From the NCBI GenBank assembly GCA_976551045.1, contig CDPCPM010000005.1, positions 21,452,001 to 21,516,000 of the forward strand: a DNA stretch of 64,000 nt, in the 5' to 3' direction. Positions 1-13,665 of the stretch are shown here, piece by piece. The first letter of the stretch is position 1; the number at the start of each line of letters is the position of its first letter. A model generated the notes under the pieces. It was not told the origin of the DNA. It worked only from the letters and a program-made list of their open reading frames with translations, and did no database searches. Source of the DNA: Glaucostegus cemiculus (lineage: Eukaryota). The position numbers were made by a program, and so were the translations under genes.

Positions 1-84
1 GAGGCTGGGAGATGCTGTATGCAGGATATCAAGATGACATTCAAAATTCTCCTCCTCCCCTCTGCCCCCCCCCCCCCCCCCAAT

Positions 85-260
85 GCCCAACCTTCTTATT
101 CTGGCTTCTGCCCTCTTCGTTTCCAGTCCTAATGAAGGGTTTCAGCCCAGAATGTCGAATGTTCATTTCCCTCCATGGGTGCTGCCTGACCTTCTGAGTT
201 CCTCCACAACTTTTTATGTATTGTTCCAGTTTCTGACATCTACAGAATTTCTTGTGAATC
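85..260 (+). mobile_element. Penelope-like element terminal repeat (pLTR) fragment with decayed hammerhead motif
   Basis: ttctggcttctgccctcttcgtttccagtcctaatgaagggtttcagcccagaatgtcg...gctgcctgaccttctgagttcctcca closely matches the reverse complement of the copy at 59958-60080 and resembles the 3' end of the GIY-YIG element at 49340-50345. Confidence 0.7.
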
Positions 261-1249
261 CAAATTCTTTAATTGTCATTTATTCCTGAACCTCACGTGA
301 TGTTCTTCTCATTTCTGTAAACAGCAAAGATTGTGGGTTTCCTCCCCAAAGTTCTCGGTTCTTCTGGCATTGCAGAAAATGCTTGCAGTGTGACCCATGA
401 CATCATTGCCTGGCAACTGACACGGGGCAAGGGTCAGATGCGCTAAGGTGAATTGTGCCCAGAAATGTTTGAGCCAATTTCCCAGTGGTCACTAATCAAC
501 TGGAAGTGCTCACAAGCATGATCTAACACAAACAAAATAGCTTTCATTCATCAAATGTGCATAATTGGCTCCAATTTCCAGGCAGTGATTTTTATCTACT
601 TGCCTTCCCTGTTGTTTTAGAAAAATCTTTACCTTGTCTCCACTACACAGCCATTTCCACAGAGATTATGTGCTTGGTTTTCGACAGAAGTAAAGCCTAG
701 AAATTACAAATTGTTTTAACCAAAACAAAACTATTTTTTATAAGACTGGGTAGTAGATGAAATAGCAGAGAGGAATCTGAAATAAATCTGTCAAGCTTTT
801 ATCTCAGAATATAGCACAGTGGCTTGTCTGTTGCACAAACTGCAACAAAAATAATTAATTTAGAAATCTTGGCAGGCTCCCAGAAAAGTAACTATTTCAT
901 CAAATATCATCAGTAGCAGAGAAAAAAAATGTCTTCTGCAGCATTATATTGAAAGAAGTGCAGAGAACATTTAAGGTTTTTAAGATAAAGAAGCTGCCTG
1001 TCTATGTATTTTCTCTTTTAGTTCAGGTTTCCAATTCTTTTCACTACTGCTACATGACATCTTTAGAGGAAAGGAGAACATTTTTCACTGCAAGAGCAGC
1101 CAATAAGAAGCAATGGGATGCTAAAATATAGCTGACAGAGGTACATTGTGATGGTTTTTCCCATGAGCTTGGTGGATTATGGTTTCTCAATGTCACAAAC
1201 TGAATAACATTAATCTCAAGTGAAATCATTAATGTTAGTTAATCTCAAG

Positions 1250-2095
1250 TTACAGAATGGTTAAGGTATGAAAGGAGAACATTCATCTTGTTGAGATCTC
1301 CAGCTTGTTGAGATCATCCTGGCTTTATGTAAGAAAATCCAGCTTGTCCCACACTCTGCAATTTTTTTTCCTTTCAGATACTTATCCGACTGCCTCTTGA
1401 AAGTCACAGAATCCGTGTTCATTGCAATCTATGGCAGTGCATTCCGGACCATAACCACCTGCTGCACTAAAGCATTTTTCCTCATACCACTTCTGTTTTT
1501 TTTTCCAAACATGTCCTTAGTTTTTGAACCTTGCACCAATGGGAGCAGCTTCACTCTGTCTACTCTATTCAATTCCTTCATGAGTTTAAGTACCTCTATC
1601 AGAACCTTAACAATTTCCACTGTCCAGCTTCAATCTATCCACAAAACATGTCCCTCATCTTTGAAGTAATCCAGCAAATCTCAACTGCATCTCCTCTAAA
1701 GTCTTCGCTTCTTTCCTGTAGTTTAGCACCCAGAACTGGACACCATAGTCTATTTTTGGCCAAGCCAGTGTTTTAGAAATACTCATCAAGGCTTCAATGC
1801 TTCCATATTCTATGCTTCTATTATAAAACCAGTATCCTGCATGCTTTTACAATCACTTTCTCAACTGCTGTAGGCACATATACCCCCAAATCTCTCTGTG
1901 TATTCCTTTTAGAATTGTGCCCTCTAATTTATGTTCCCTCTTCTCAATCCATAAGTAATATTTTGCAATGTTCAGAATTAAATTTCATCTGTCACTATCT
2001 GTCCATTACACTGGCCTGTCTATTACCTTCTTGAGGTGAAGTACTGTCCTTATCATAGTCCAGTACACCTCCAAGTTTTGAGTCATCTGCAGAAT
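1250..2095 (-). mobile_element. Degraded CR1-like LINE, 3' part of ORF2
   Basis: Minus ORF 1429-1620 (LIEVLKLMKELNRVDRVKLLPLV...MRKNALVQQVVMVRNALP) resembles the CR1 ORF2 C-terminus. The minus strand near 2063-2092 reads SADDSKLGGV, the RT [F/Y]ADD-KLGG motif. Confidence 0.75.
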
Positions 2096-5000
2096 GATGC
2101 CTCAGTTGTTTTAAATTACTTAAACGTCAGTAATTTAAAGTTATTTACATTTCTTTACTTATCAAACCATAAATCATTGTTATCTGTGCTAATACATACT
2201 GGCAGCAGTCTGAGTTTGAATGACAACCTGAATGGTAAACAAGCAGCACTAACGTGAAAATGTAGATAATACATCACAATAGTTAAAAGAAATGGGTATC
2301 ATTCCAAAACATTAAGCCAAAGAGCAGCAATGCCTTAAAGGGGAAGGTAGAATGAAGGAAAATGGAATAGAAGGTCATAGTGATGAAGGCAGATGAAGAG
2401 GAGATGGAGGACAATCATGTGGTATGTAAACACCAGAATGAATCGGCTAGCCTGACTGACATCTTTTTGTGCTGTACCTTCTATGTAATAAATGCAATGA
2501 GTGTAATGGAAGCTGACTTAGGAGCAGTTTTAAGAAAAATTCTTGGGACTGATTCTATGAGTAAAAGCTGAGAAATGGAAGATTATTTCCTCAACGAGTG
2601 CCTATGTGCTGAGTTTCACATCTGAATTTGTAGGTTTCCATGGAACTAGGGTGACAAATGTTCCATGGAAAATCTGGAATAGAATTTGGTGAAAAGATCT
2701 GGATACAAGGAAATGTATGCAATCACATGTATATTCATGCCTTCCATATTTATGATACATAATATTCTGTTACAGGAGGGAATAACATGAAATAGAGAAT
2801 AAACTACCAATTATATAATGAACAGCTTCATTCTTTGTATCATTATCAGGTTTACCTCTATTTACCTTTCCATTTTTGTCACATCATTTGTACAGTGCCA
2901 TACAGATACCAAAAGGAATCATTACCACACTTGAAGTGTCATAACCTATAGCACTAATGACTCAGAGCAGGGAAGGGGGAATTAGCCTAAATTGCTCTTT
3001 TAGCCTGACATGGGCCTGATGACGTGAATGGCTTCATGATTCCACTATGTGAAACTGTCTGCTGACCCATTACACACCAAATAGCAAATACTGGGGCTGA
3101 TTTGACCCATGTGATGGTTCAAAACATCGTCTTACTTCTGGATCAGTGCTTGATTCAGAAGAAGAATGATGGGTTAAAATATCTCCTCTGCCTGTTGACT
3201 TACAGCTTTCTTTAAACAGTGATTTCTCAGTCTGGTTTCTAGAGTATGCACACTTACCAGCCCTATTTGGACAACTGAGATTGGCATAATGTATAGGGCG
3301 CACTGGTGGTGGGGGTGGGGTGAGGGCTCTGCTCACCTTCCCTATTTACAAGTGGTTGATAGTAGCACTAAGTGTTAGGAATGGAAAAGTGTACTATTAC
3401 TCTAAAATGGTATTTTCATTTTAATGTTTGGGAAGTGAATGAGTGTGAGCACTACAGGAAGGTTTATTTCTGACTTGTTCTAATAATTTAACATTGTACT
3501 CTAAAGAAAATAGTTACCTAATCATGGATATAATAATATTTCAGTCATGTTGGAGAAATGATAGCATTTAACTCAATTTCCTCATATAGTGATTTTCTGT
3601 TGCTAAAATCATTCACTTAAATATAAAAGATTTTGGTTCTGACGAGGCCAAAGGGTTTTAAAAAGATTGTGCCATTAAAGTAAATGCAGCACTGCAGAAG
3701 ACAGTCAGGGTTAATCATAATATTTTCTCTGCAAAAATAAATGGCAAAAGAAAGTTAATAATTAGATCAACTAAGACTCCCCCTTGGTGTCATTAACCCA
3801 AGTGCCCTCTCACAATCACAAGAGTCCGTTTAGGCTGATGGTGCTTGGTCTTGGCTTTCTACCCACATTTCAGTGGAGTCAATGCAGAATATTAAATACC
3901 CAGTGATAGCAACATGGTACATAGTAATGTGTGGATTGATATAACCATTACGGTTCATTTAACTGGAAATAAAATGGATGAAAGCATATAAGGGCACATA
4001 CATTTTTGTAGGTAGAGTGAGTGAGCTGACCTCATCAGATTCAATGGGGTCAGTTTATTCAAATGACTGTAATAGACCCTATGTGTTTTCTCCAGGCATA
4101 TGAAGCACAGTGACGTGTGTGCACGAACTCTGGTATGCAGCCATTGTTAAAGGGATTTTATTTTTGCTGCTATTGTGATATAGTGTGCAGAAGATCATGA
4201 CTATTCACCCAGTGGAAATTGCAGAACTGCCCCGTTCAGTAATCATTCTTGTTGATGAAAGTGCAACAAAGGCAAGTCCCTTTTTTTGGGAGAAATGTCC
4301 TTGCAAGGTCCATGTTAGGTGGCATTCAGCAGAATGATTGCTGTGTCCCATGGGATGGGAGTAAATCACCATTTAGTTTCACAGCATGACAGAGAGAACC
4401 AATTTTATCATTTCAAATGAAATAAATTTTACTAAACTACATGAAAGAACTGGTCACAACCTTACAATTTGGCAGTAATCGGTAGTTAATGCCAAATAGA
4501 AACATTTCTACTGCATCACATCATCACGTACTTGTAGCATCTCCTTGATTCGGTGCAGTCTTCCTTTACATGTTGACATGTAGGTTGGATGTCAATGCGT
4601 CCACACAGGCCATGACCCTGCGACACTTCACATGATATTACAAGATTGCTCTAAATGCAGGTAGTTTTGGAGGCTACAGAAGAAGATAAGGAAATGCTTT
4701 GAGTTTTTCTGCCTATTGCTGTATCAGGTACTGTTGGGCACAGGACTTGGATACATCAGAGGCTTCCGAGTGTAGCCCCGAGATGCTGGTGGTTCAGTTC
4801 AAGAGAGCAATGCTAAGCTTCACACTAATTGCCAAGCATGCCCCAGATCAGGGGGACTCAGCAGTTAGGACAGGGCAGCAAGAGTCATGCCTCCGAGAGT
4901 GATGACCCATCAGGCAAACCCAGAAACTGCTTCATGAAGATGGTAAATGATGCATTTATTGGAAACTGACTTGAGTGACAAAATGCTAGCATTTTCAGAA

Positions 5001-5269
5001 TCCAAGGCATAAAATGGAACTGCAACATTGCGTATACTGAACAATAACATATTTGCTCATCCCATAAAACACTAGCCAATAAATAGAATCCTACACTTTC
5101 ACTTATGGCAAGCACAAGGGAAGTAAATATGAAATAGGATATTCATCAATAGTAAAAATCAATAGTCATGAAAACCACCATAGGGGTCACAATACGTGAT
5201 TAACCTACCCCACTTTTGAGTGCAATGCAGGCAGCATGCCAACTGCTTAGAGTCAGCCTGTCCCTCTTA

Positions 5270-6510
5270 AAGAAATGCAGTGTGACCAGCAGAAGCTGGG
5301 AATTGTGTGGGAAGTGACCCTGAACTGGAAAACAGTGAAGAGTAGCATATCAAAGGAGGGAGTATGTGCCACTGTATTTGGAGACTACACTAGAGGTCTC
5401 AGTGGACAAAGAACAAAGGAGGAGAGGTGTCCTATATACACAGGGGACCAGAAACCACATACATATTCAAAAGAGAGCTAGTGGTCATGGCATTAATACT
5501 AGGCGGTCAAAACCCAATGTTCTTGCTACAGTGCAACAAGGTGATCAATTGCCTCAGTTGAATGGCCAGTGAATGCATTTTTAAAATGGCATTCCCACCA
5601 ACTGCTCTCCTCACCTCACACACTGCTCCATGATCATACACCCATTCCTCACCTACCAGCAATCACTATCATTCAGGACATATTCAGACCATTTACATGA
5701 TCCGTCACATTAGCACATGCTGCCAGCTTTTAGTCAGTTTGTCCAATTAGACTACATAACACTTACCAATACAGTGCTATCTCCCTTATAGGCATACAAC
5801 TATAAACAATAGGAGCTAATTGGCAAAGGACAGGTTATCTTTATGTCCTAACTACCATGGAAGAGATGGTGCTGGCTATTATTTGAACAATTATTGCTTA
5901 AAATGTGGTTATCCCTGGGGCACTGAAACTATCAAAGTTGTTCTCACATCTAATTCTCTCACATCCACATCCCCCTTTATTCTGACTTCCAATCTGCAAA
6001 TGGTATAAGGACACCTATGTACCATTCCCCCTCCTCACTGCACAACAACTCTACTCTGGTCTCTTTTTCATAGCAAAGAACTCCAACCTAATCAGCTAAT
6101 GGAAGAACATCAAGAAGACGGTGATGACAACTCCATTTTACTCGAACAACCACCAATTCAAAAAGTGATACTGTACAAAATTTTAGAGGCAAGCAAAGAG
6201 GTAGGATGTGCATATGGTGAGCCACAATCCACAAGTCAGCAGGCATGATTGGCTCAGCTTGAGGGCGAAGTCCCACAAAAGCTCTGCTGCAGAGGCTTAG
6301 ATGAGCAGTTGGATGGGACATAGTGCAGGGGACATGTTTATGAGATTGGGAATCCTGCCAAGAAACTTATAATTCATACAATTGAATATTATGGAGCCCA
6401 GAACAAACCGCACAGAGAGCTTTCCAAAGAACTTTCAAGTGCGGAAACGGTGGCCACTTCTATTTGGATCCAACTGGTGGCCAATGTCACCTCTTCCACC
6501 ACAGCAAAGG
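5270..6510 (+). mobile_element. Degraded Harbinger-type Myb/SANT-like gene relic
   Basis: ORF 5366-5572 (LEVSVDKEQRRRGVLYTQG) followed by a frameshifted LLQCNKVINCL resembles the Myb/SANT-like pattern LE.LV.EV..RRDVL...W.QC.KK.NDL. An acidic segment (EEHQEDGDDN) follows near 6100. Recognised from memory only. Confidence 0.45.
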
Positions 6511-6520
6511 CAGGTGACAA

Positions 6521-6767
6521 TTAGAACATAGAACTTAGAACAGCAGAGCACATGAACAGGCTTTGGCCCACAATGTTGTGCCACACTATGTAAACTAGTA
6601 ATTAAACACCTAAGTAAACTAATCCCTTCTGCCTACACAATGTCCATATCCTTCCATTTTCAGCACATTCATGTGCCTATCTAAGAGCCGTTTAAATGCC
6701 TCTATCGTATTTGCTTCCACCACCACCCCTGGCAGTGCATTCCAGGCACCTACCACTCTGCGTAAAA
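6521..6767 (-). mobile_element. CR1-like LINE 3' end
   Basis: Minus ORF 6619-6813 reads RRVVGAWNALPGVVVEANTIEAFKRLLDRHMN. The tail tagaacatagaac is (TTCTATG)n on the minus strand. Confidence 0.85.
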
Positions 6768-9086
6768 TTAGTATGGTCTTTATTGTATGATGTGAAAACA
6801 AGTAGTTCTGCAAGGTTTCAGATCTTCAGCTTTGGTTTGAAGAATCAGTGGTATTGGAGGCTGAACTAACCTGAAGGAAGAATTTCAAAGTTGGAAGGGA
6901 AACAGTTGCATTATAGACAGAGGGTGAATGGTGTTGGTGGAGGTTGCAGGTTGCATACAGGAGTAAAATCACCTGGAAAATATAACATTCAACATCAGAA
7001 TTTGTTTCTTTATGATTCATAAATGTTAAATCAAAACAATGAATTAAGTTAGTTTGGGGACTTACAATGTAAAAAATGTTGCCTCATAAGTCACGCGCTG
7101 CTGTTTAATAACCATCCCACCCCTGGTTTGTTGGCACTTTACTCCTTCCACACTCGATTTGTAAAGACACCATATCCTACCTATCTCCCCAGCTCTTCAC
7201 AGAGATCCCCCAACCCTGTAAGTACACAATTGCAGGTTACTCCATGGTCCCTCTCAAATCATCCTGCTGATCTTTATTCACTTCCTATTCAATCTGGCAC
7301 ATTTCCCAGCTGTAATTCAGTTTCCCCCCCCCCACCCAGTTCCGCCACTTCCCCACCCCATGTCCCCACTCAACAATTCAATCCATCACCTGTCTTCCTT
7401 ACTTCACACCAAAGGGAGTACATGAAGTCCCATTATAGAATAGAATGAGGGCATTTTGCCCCCAAGAGAATCCAAATGTCATTTTTTAGTTAAATTAGAA
7501 GGAAACCTCACATGGCCTAACAGTGAGAGGAGTCACTGGAGGAGACAGCTCCAGAAATTGAGCAAGTTAATTCATTCTTCTCATCCAACATAGCATAAAA
7601 CCTGACTCTCTCAGTCTCCTCCAAAATCACTCCTCCCCTAAGTTAAATCAATGAGTTAGGCTCTGCCACATTTCCTCTCTCTTACCAATCATGAAATCTT
7701 CTAAACATGCAGGAATTTCACTGCAGATAATGGCCAGGAGGGTTAACCATTTTCATTGTGAAGTTGTAGGTCTCCAGCCCTATTAAAGAAGTCCTATCAA
7801 AATCATCTGCACAGTTGGGAGCTAAGCACTCACGGAACCAGATTCACTGAGGTGAATTGAAAACCCTAGAAACAGGTGGAGCTGAATGAGGCCAGAAATG
7901 AAAATGTGAAAGGACTCTAATTCAAATCTTATCCATCTCAAACTGGTTCATTTCTGATGTTAGCAATGACTCAGGGATGTTACACAATAAAATATTTTGA
8001 TGAGATTCTATGACTCAGGTTATTTTCACTCCCCAGTCTCGGGAAATGCAACATCTAAATGCAACTAGGACGTTTGTGTACAACAATCCTTGCTCACCCT
8101 GTCCCATCACCACACTTCTTGTCATCCCTGCCTTCCTTAGCCCTCCCCTCTATTCTCCTTTACCTTGCTGGCTCTCAATTGCTCTTTTCCTCAGATTTCT
8201 CTGATCTTCCCCAATTTTCTCCAGACCTTCCATCACTGTTCCCCAACCACATTGATTCTGATCTCTCACTCTTTTACTCCATTCTCTGTCTGTGGCCTAA
8301 TAGCAAGGACCCATCTACCCGACAGTCAGCCATCTGGCTGGCTGCGGCTGCAAATACATTTCAAAAATGGTAGTCAGATCCTGCTGTGACATTTGGTAGC
8401 ACCTAAAAAAACCTGCTTTTAAAAGTATCTCAACTACAGTATTTCATCCTCTCTACACTTCCCTGAAACCCTGTTAATTCAGGGCCATTATCTTGGGAGT
8501 AATCTGTCCTTGGTATGATTTCTGCAAACTCACATTTTCTACAGTTGGTTAAATCTGATGGTAGTATTTTACCACAATAAAGTATCAATAAAACGAACTG
8601 TTAATGGGTAATGGTGTTTAAGCAAGCCAACTATTTTTAGGCTGAAGTTCAATCATGCACAGTTGAAATGGGATTTCAGTCTTCCAGGCCCTTTTAACAT
8701 ACTGTCATCTATATTCTGTTATTTGTAAGATGGTTTTGATTGATGAAACCACAACCCTGGCTGTTTATGGGTGGCATGTTTGCGTTAACAAGATTAGCCT
8801 ATTATAAGTGGTGGCGCATCATTTATACAGTCCCCAAAATATTTCTCATTAACTGTAGACTGAGGTCTACCACACTGTCAGAGAGACACTACACCATTCC
8901 TCTTTGATTAAACTTCTCTTTTCAAAAGGTGAGACTCTTTCAAAAGCAAGCATGTGCTTCCTTCTTGTGCCTGACCACATTTTGCCAGCACCAATCAATT
9001 CTTCTGCAATATAGGAGGCTTCAATGGATGTCTCAAATTACTCTTGCTGAATGATTGGCACCTTTTTCACCAGATTTAAGTAATTG

Positions 9087-9237
9087 TCAGAGAGTAATTG
9101 GCGATATAGGACAGAAACAGGCCCTTCGGCCCACAGAGTCTGCACTGACCATCAGTGACCTATTTACACTAATCCTAAAAAAATCCCATTTTTTTATTCT
9201 CCACATAATCTCATCAACTCCTCCCAGATTCTACCAT
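9087..9237 (-). mobile_element. 3' tail fragment of a V-SINE/CR1-partner SINE
   Basis: gaaacaggcccttcggccca is shared with the CR1 tail at 44345-44422. It is followed by ttattctccacat...tcaactcctcccagattctacca, similar to the SINE at 58418-58725. Confidence 0.65.
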
Positions 9238-9834
9238 TATTATAACAATTGTGTTATTTTCTATTTTATCTGTGTCTCATCTGTTTCCCAAAATTATACC
9301 AACAGTTATTTCTTGGCAATGCTGGCATTTTCACCATTGTTATTCCTTAATTAATTTGTTCACTGAAACATGAAGTTAGTACTCCCCAAGATCTAACTCA
9401 GTGTAAAAATGACCATGTGGCCTTTTAGATGTCAATCCTAGAGCACAGCTGTGTATGACCCCCAAGGATTATTCCCCCTTTCCTTACTGCGGACTGATGC
9501 CTTCTTGAATGTAATTTCAAAGTAGCTTAAAAAGTGTAATGCAATAATATGTTACAGATCCTGCAGCAGCTGTCTCAGTTCAGTATAATGGCAGCCTGGA
9601 GTTATATCTTCCTTGAGTTTAAGAATCCATTATACTTCAGTTCTCATTGCTGTAAAGGAAGACAGAATCATTAGAAAAGGTCAAATGTATCATTCTATAT
9701 TTAAAGCTGTTCAGTTTGTACTGCTACCACTCACAATACAATGGATGGATTAAATGACAATCCTTCGTAAATTAACTTGCAAAGATTCAGAAATCAACAC
9801 AATACCCTGTACTATCACAAACAGCTAATGAAGT

Positions 9835-10248
9835 CGGAACTATATACTTTGGTGTTTAGAAGAATGAGGGGTGATTTTATTGAAACATATAAAATCTTAA
9901 AAAAGTATGACAGGGTTGATGTCAAGATGTTTCCACTCGTGGGAGAGTCTCAAACGAGGGGACAGAGTTACAAGATAAAGAGATGATTACTTACAAATGT
10001 TGTGAATAGGAACTTCTCACAGAGGATGGTGAAACTCGGGAATTTTGTGCCCTGGAGGATTGAAGTGATGGTATCACTGGAGGTAGTTAAGGAGGAGGTA
10101 GAAACTTTTTGGAAGATTGCGGAATTGAGAGCTATGGGAAACTGTTATAGAAAAGGAAATTAGTCCTGGGGCAGATCATGACTGTATTGAATGAGGGCCA
10201 GGTATGAGGGGCCCTCCTACTCCTATTTTCTTGTATTCTTGTGTTCTT
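9835..10248 (+). mobile_element. CR1-like LINE 3' end
   Basis: ORF 9777-9986 ends LYTLVFRRMRGDFIETYKILKKYDRVDVKMFPLVGESQTRGQSYKIK. The 3' UTR ends cctactcctattttcttgtattcttgtgttctt. Confidence 0.85.
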
Positions 10249-11130
10249 TTTGGGCAGTAGCTTAGAGAATGAATGCACAAACAGTACTGATACAGCATGT
10301 CAGAAGCTCTGGTTACTGAAATTCTGAAATCTCTGACCTAGTGCCTGAATCTGATTCCTGATTGCTGGGTGTGATCCATCTTAACTGAGATAACAAGTGG
10401 AGACAGACTGAAAGACATTAAGCTGTGCGATTCCTCTGAGATAGTACACACCAGAATTTTCATAGATGATCAAACTGCAGGATTTCTAAGCATGTAACTT
10501 GTCTAAAGAATAGAGAAAGTGGATAAAGTTTGTACTTTACCTACAGCTGGGTACAGCAGGTAAACCAGACCAGAGGATAGAAGAGGGATTATTGTAACTC
10601 TTTGCCCACAAGGGGAAAGAATTGAATCTTAATATAAAACCCTCAAACAAGACCCTGGAGATTAAATTCAAGCATTGGTAGCGCACTTAAACCCACCCAG
10701 AAATGAAGGACCCAACTCTTGCTGGCTCTCTACATGGAACCAAAAACAATAAGTATCTTCAGCCACTTCCCTAACAAAGTTAAATCTGTTAGCAGGTAGT
10801 AACAGTTTTGCAGATTGGAAGGCCTCACTGACTAGAGAGTGGATTATTTGTGAAATCTGGGAACCTAGCCTGGGTGGCTACTATGTGAGACAGTTAAATC
10901 TAGGAAAGTGCATACAGCCTTGCAAGGCTAAAGAGCTATCCAAGGTCAGGATCAAAATGTAGTATGGTCAACAACAGGATGTGCAACACATGACAAAAAA
11001 TAACATCGTGAAAGCAGAGCCAAGGGGCTTAAGTACTTAAGACATTTTTCCTGGATCTGGAGATCACCTCTCCACAGCCTACAATCTCTAGCCCCTCAAC
11101 AAAGCCCACTCCTACCTCTTGTCCAAGTTA

Positions 11131-11267
11131 GAGAATGGAGGGATATAGACCTTGTGTAGGCAGAAGGGATTAGATTAGTTAGGTGTTTAATTACTAGTTT
11201 AATTAGTTCGGCACAACATCATGGGCCGAAGGTCCTGTTCCTGTGCTGTACTGTTCTATGTTCTATG
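11131..11267 (+). mobile_element. CR1-like LINE 3' UTR fragment
   Basis: Inverted near-copy of 6521-6660 (tgtgtaggcagaagggattag...ttaggtgtttaattactagttt), ending ctgttctatgttctatg. Confidence 0.85.
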
Positions 11268-11369
11268 ATCCACTAGCAGGACTGTCCTAGATGACCCATC
11301 ATTTCAGCCTGCTGTTGGCATAAATGGCTCATTTTTTTCTTACTTTGAATGTGTTCTTTCTCTTCTTAT

Positions 11370-12020
11370 GGAGTCTCTTCTCACCCTTATCCATGATACA
11401 TTGATGTCCTCTAGCACTTGAGCAGTGTCCAATTTCCTGGCCCCAGCTGTCTCAATTTCACCATTCATGTCCCATCTTTCTTCACCTCCATCTCACACCA
11501 GGATGGCCTTGGTGATCTTTGCTTCTTTTCTGGAGGCAGGCCCAAGCTGTCCCCTCCAACAACATCTGCCATCACTGGGCTACACTTCCCTTTAATGCCA
11601 CTCACTTCATCCAAATTAAAAATGTAGCCTGGCTCTTTGTGGGAAATGTAGAACAGCTTTGTTTCAGTCCTACACAGGCCACCTCCTTCACCTCTTTTCA
11701 TTTCAAGCATTCATTTCTTTCTCTCTCCTCCTCTGGTAATCTCAAGTTTAATCAAGTTCCTTTTACTTACACCTCCCTGAGATAAACTTTCTGTTATTCC
11801 CTAACCTTTGCCACTCTCTTACAGCAGATACCATTGCTCTTTTGGTCATCTATTCAGACCTGGTCTCCAGTCAATCAAAGACTTTCTCTTTTGTTCTCTC
11901 TGCACCACGTCCCCATTCCCTGGAACTTAAAACCTTTTCTTTATCTCCAACTCTTCACAGTTCAGGTGGAAGTTTGACCTGAAATGTTAACTCTGTTTCT
12001 TTCTCTACAGATGCAGACTG
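11370..12020 (+). mobile_element. Penelope-like element relic: RT fragment joined to the terminal repeat
   Basis: ORF 11418-11627 (QFPGPSCLNFTIHVPSFFTSISHQDGL) and ORF 11519-11785 (FNATHFIQIKNVA..LFVGNVEQ) resemble Penelope RT motifs (D+.SLYTSI.H; F.Q..GVAMG). gacctgaaatgttaactctgtttct at about 11976-12000 is the pLTR motif. Confidence 0.7.
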
Positions 12021-13412
12021 TTTGGCATTAAATAATTAAATAGGTTATAGTGGCATTCATAAATTGAGTTTAGCTGCAGAAAATAGTGAATTCTAATCCT
12101 TAACTTCACTAACCTGGTGAGCTCATTAAACTATTTACTAACAAGTCATGCTCTCCATGGGCTTCTAAGGGTGGTATCCAACATTCTATCTCCTGCTTTT
12201 ACTGTGCCTATAGATAGACTGTGTTGGTCTCCTGCCCTCTCTGCCATTCAACCCCATCAAGAACTTGACTAAGAGATACACAATCTAGCTAGTTTTTGAC
12301 TCAAACACTAATTTTGTGACATCTATTTCTTTTTTTCCCTCCCTTCCTTACCTTGTGTTAAGATATGGACACAGTGGTAATGCAGACCTACAGCAGTATT
12401 GCAACTGCACTGAATTTCCTCCTATTGAAGGCTCACCACTACCAAGGGTGGGAGAGTATAATATTGAAAGGCTGTCCACCATCGCCAAATAGTGGGGCAC
12501 AGCAAAATTATACAGACTCCTAATGGGTTAATTTAATATGGCATCATCATATTGCTGCTGAGCTGACTAAAAAGAAAAAATCTGGCTAAACACCTTCCAC
12601 TTTAGGAATAGCAAAATTGCCATTTCTATCTCAATCTGCTTAAGTTGTAACTCATGAAAGCATTCTTGGGTCAACACTGTCAGAACAATGACTTCATTTC
12701 CAAGTTCTGAATCTTACACCTAGAACATTAACCTGCAAAGAGGTCATAACTAAGCAACAGGAGGGATCACCTACTGTTAGCAACATGTATTTCTGCAAAG
12801 CCTCAGGACTATTCTGCTCTCACAGTGAAACATGTATGTCCCAGTAAAGTTCTCTGTATTATTCCCACATTAAAATAAATAATAATTATAAAACTTCACA
12901 CATCTCATTTCCTATTTTGATATCATTTCCTATTTCGGAGCTCTCTGGTGGCCTACGCTTTGAATATAGAGGTTAATATGTGGGATTTCCAAAACCTTTT
13001 GTGTGTTTAAATAAGTGATCACTTGCTGAACTACAGTTAAAAATGTGTCTTTACTGTTGATACATAGCAACAATCTTTGTAAGCTTTTTGTGCTTTCTAT
13101 AATTGCCAAGATCAAGTCTGGGCCATCTTAAACAATTGCATCCTGCTATACTCTATGTTTATGCCACCAAATGAAATAAAATAAATCATTGGTACGATCC
13201 GCAAACAATCTCGAACCACCTAATTTATCAGTTGCAGTCTTATACAGCTTTCTGCTCTGTTAAAGCAAGTATGTGAGATTACAAAGACATTCAATTCAAC
13301 TGCTTATTTTTCTTTTAAGGAAACAAATTAAACAAGTCATTTTATTTTAATAGGTTGCGATGTACTGTAAAAAACTTACATTTGACTTTTCCCCTGGATA
13401 ATTCATAATGAA

Positions 13413-13665
13413 CATAGCGTAGCGGTTAGCGCGACACTGTTACAGTGCCAGCGATTGGGGTTCGATTCCCATTGCTGTCTGTAAGGAGTTTGTACATTCT
13501 CCCGTGTCTGCGTGGGTTTCCTCTGGGTGCTCCAGTTTCCTCCCACATTCTGAAAGACATACGGGTAGGTTAATTTGGGGATTTAAAATGGGCGGCGTGG
13601 ACTCGGAGGACCAAAAGGGCCTGTTACCATGCTGTAAATAAAATTTAAAAAGTTAAATTAAATTT
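13413..13665 (+). mobile_element. tRNA-derived V-SINE-like element, relatively young
   Basis: Pol III A-box-like tagcgtagcgg, B box gttcgattc, V-domain-like gtgggtttcctctgggtgctccagtttcctcccacattc, and an A-rich tail. Many CpGs are retained. Confidence 0.85.

Noticed and set aside
65-81. Poly-C/poly-G runs (also about 22417, 48995 and 56210) as functional G-quadruplexes or Pro-rich ORFs
   Set aside because: These are simple homopolymers with no supporting context, and their lengths are error-prone.
3638-3665. CTGACGA-ggcc-aaag-ggtt as a hammerhead ribozyme
   Set aside because: No GAAA box follows the stem and there is no Penelope context.
13413-13480. tRNA gene
   Set aside because: A and B boxes are present but there is no complete cloverleaf, and the sequence continues into a V-domain and tail, so it is a SINE head.
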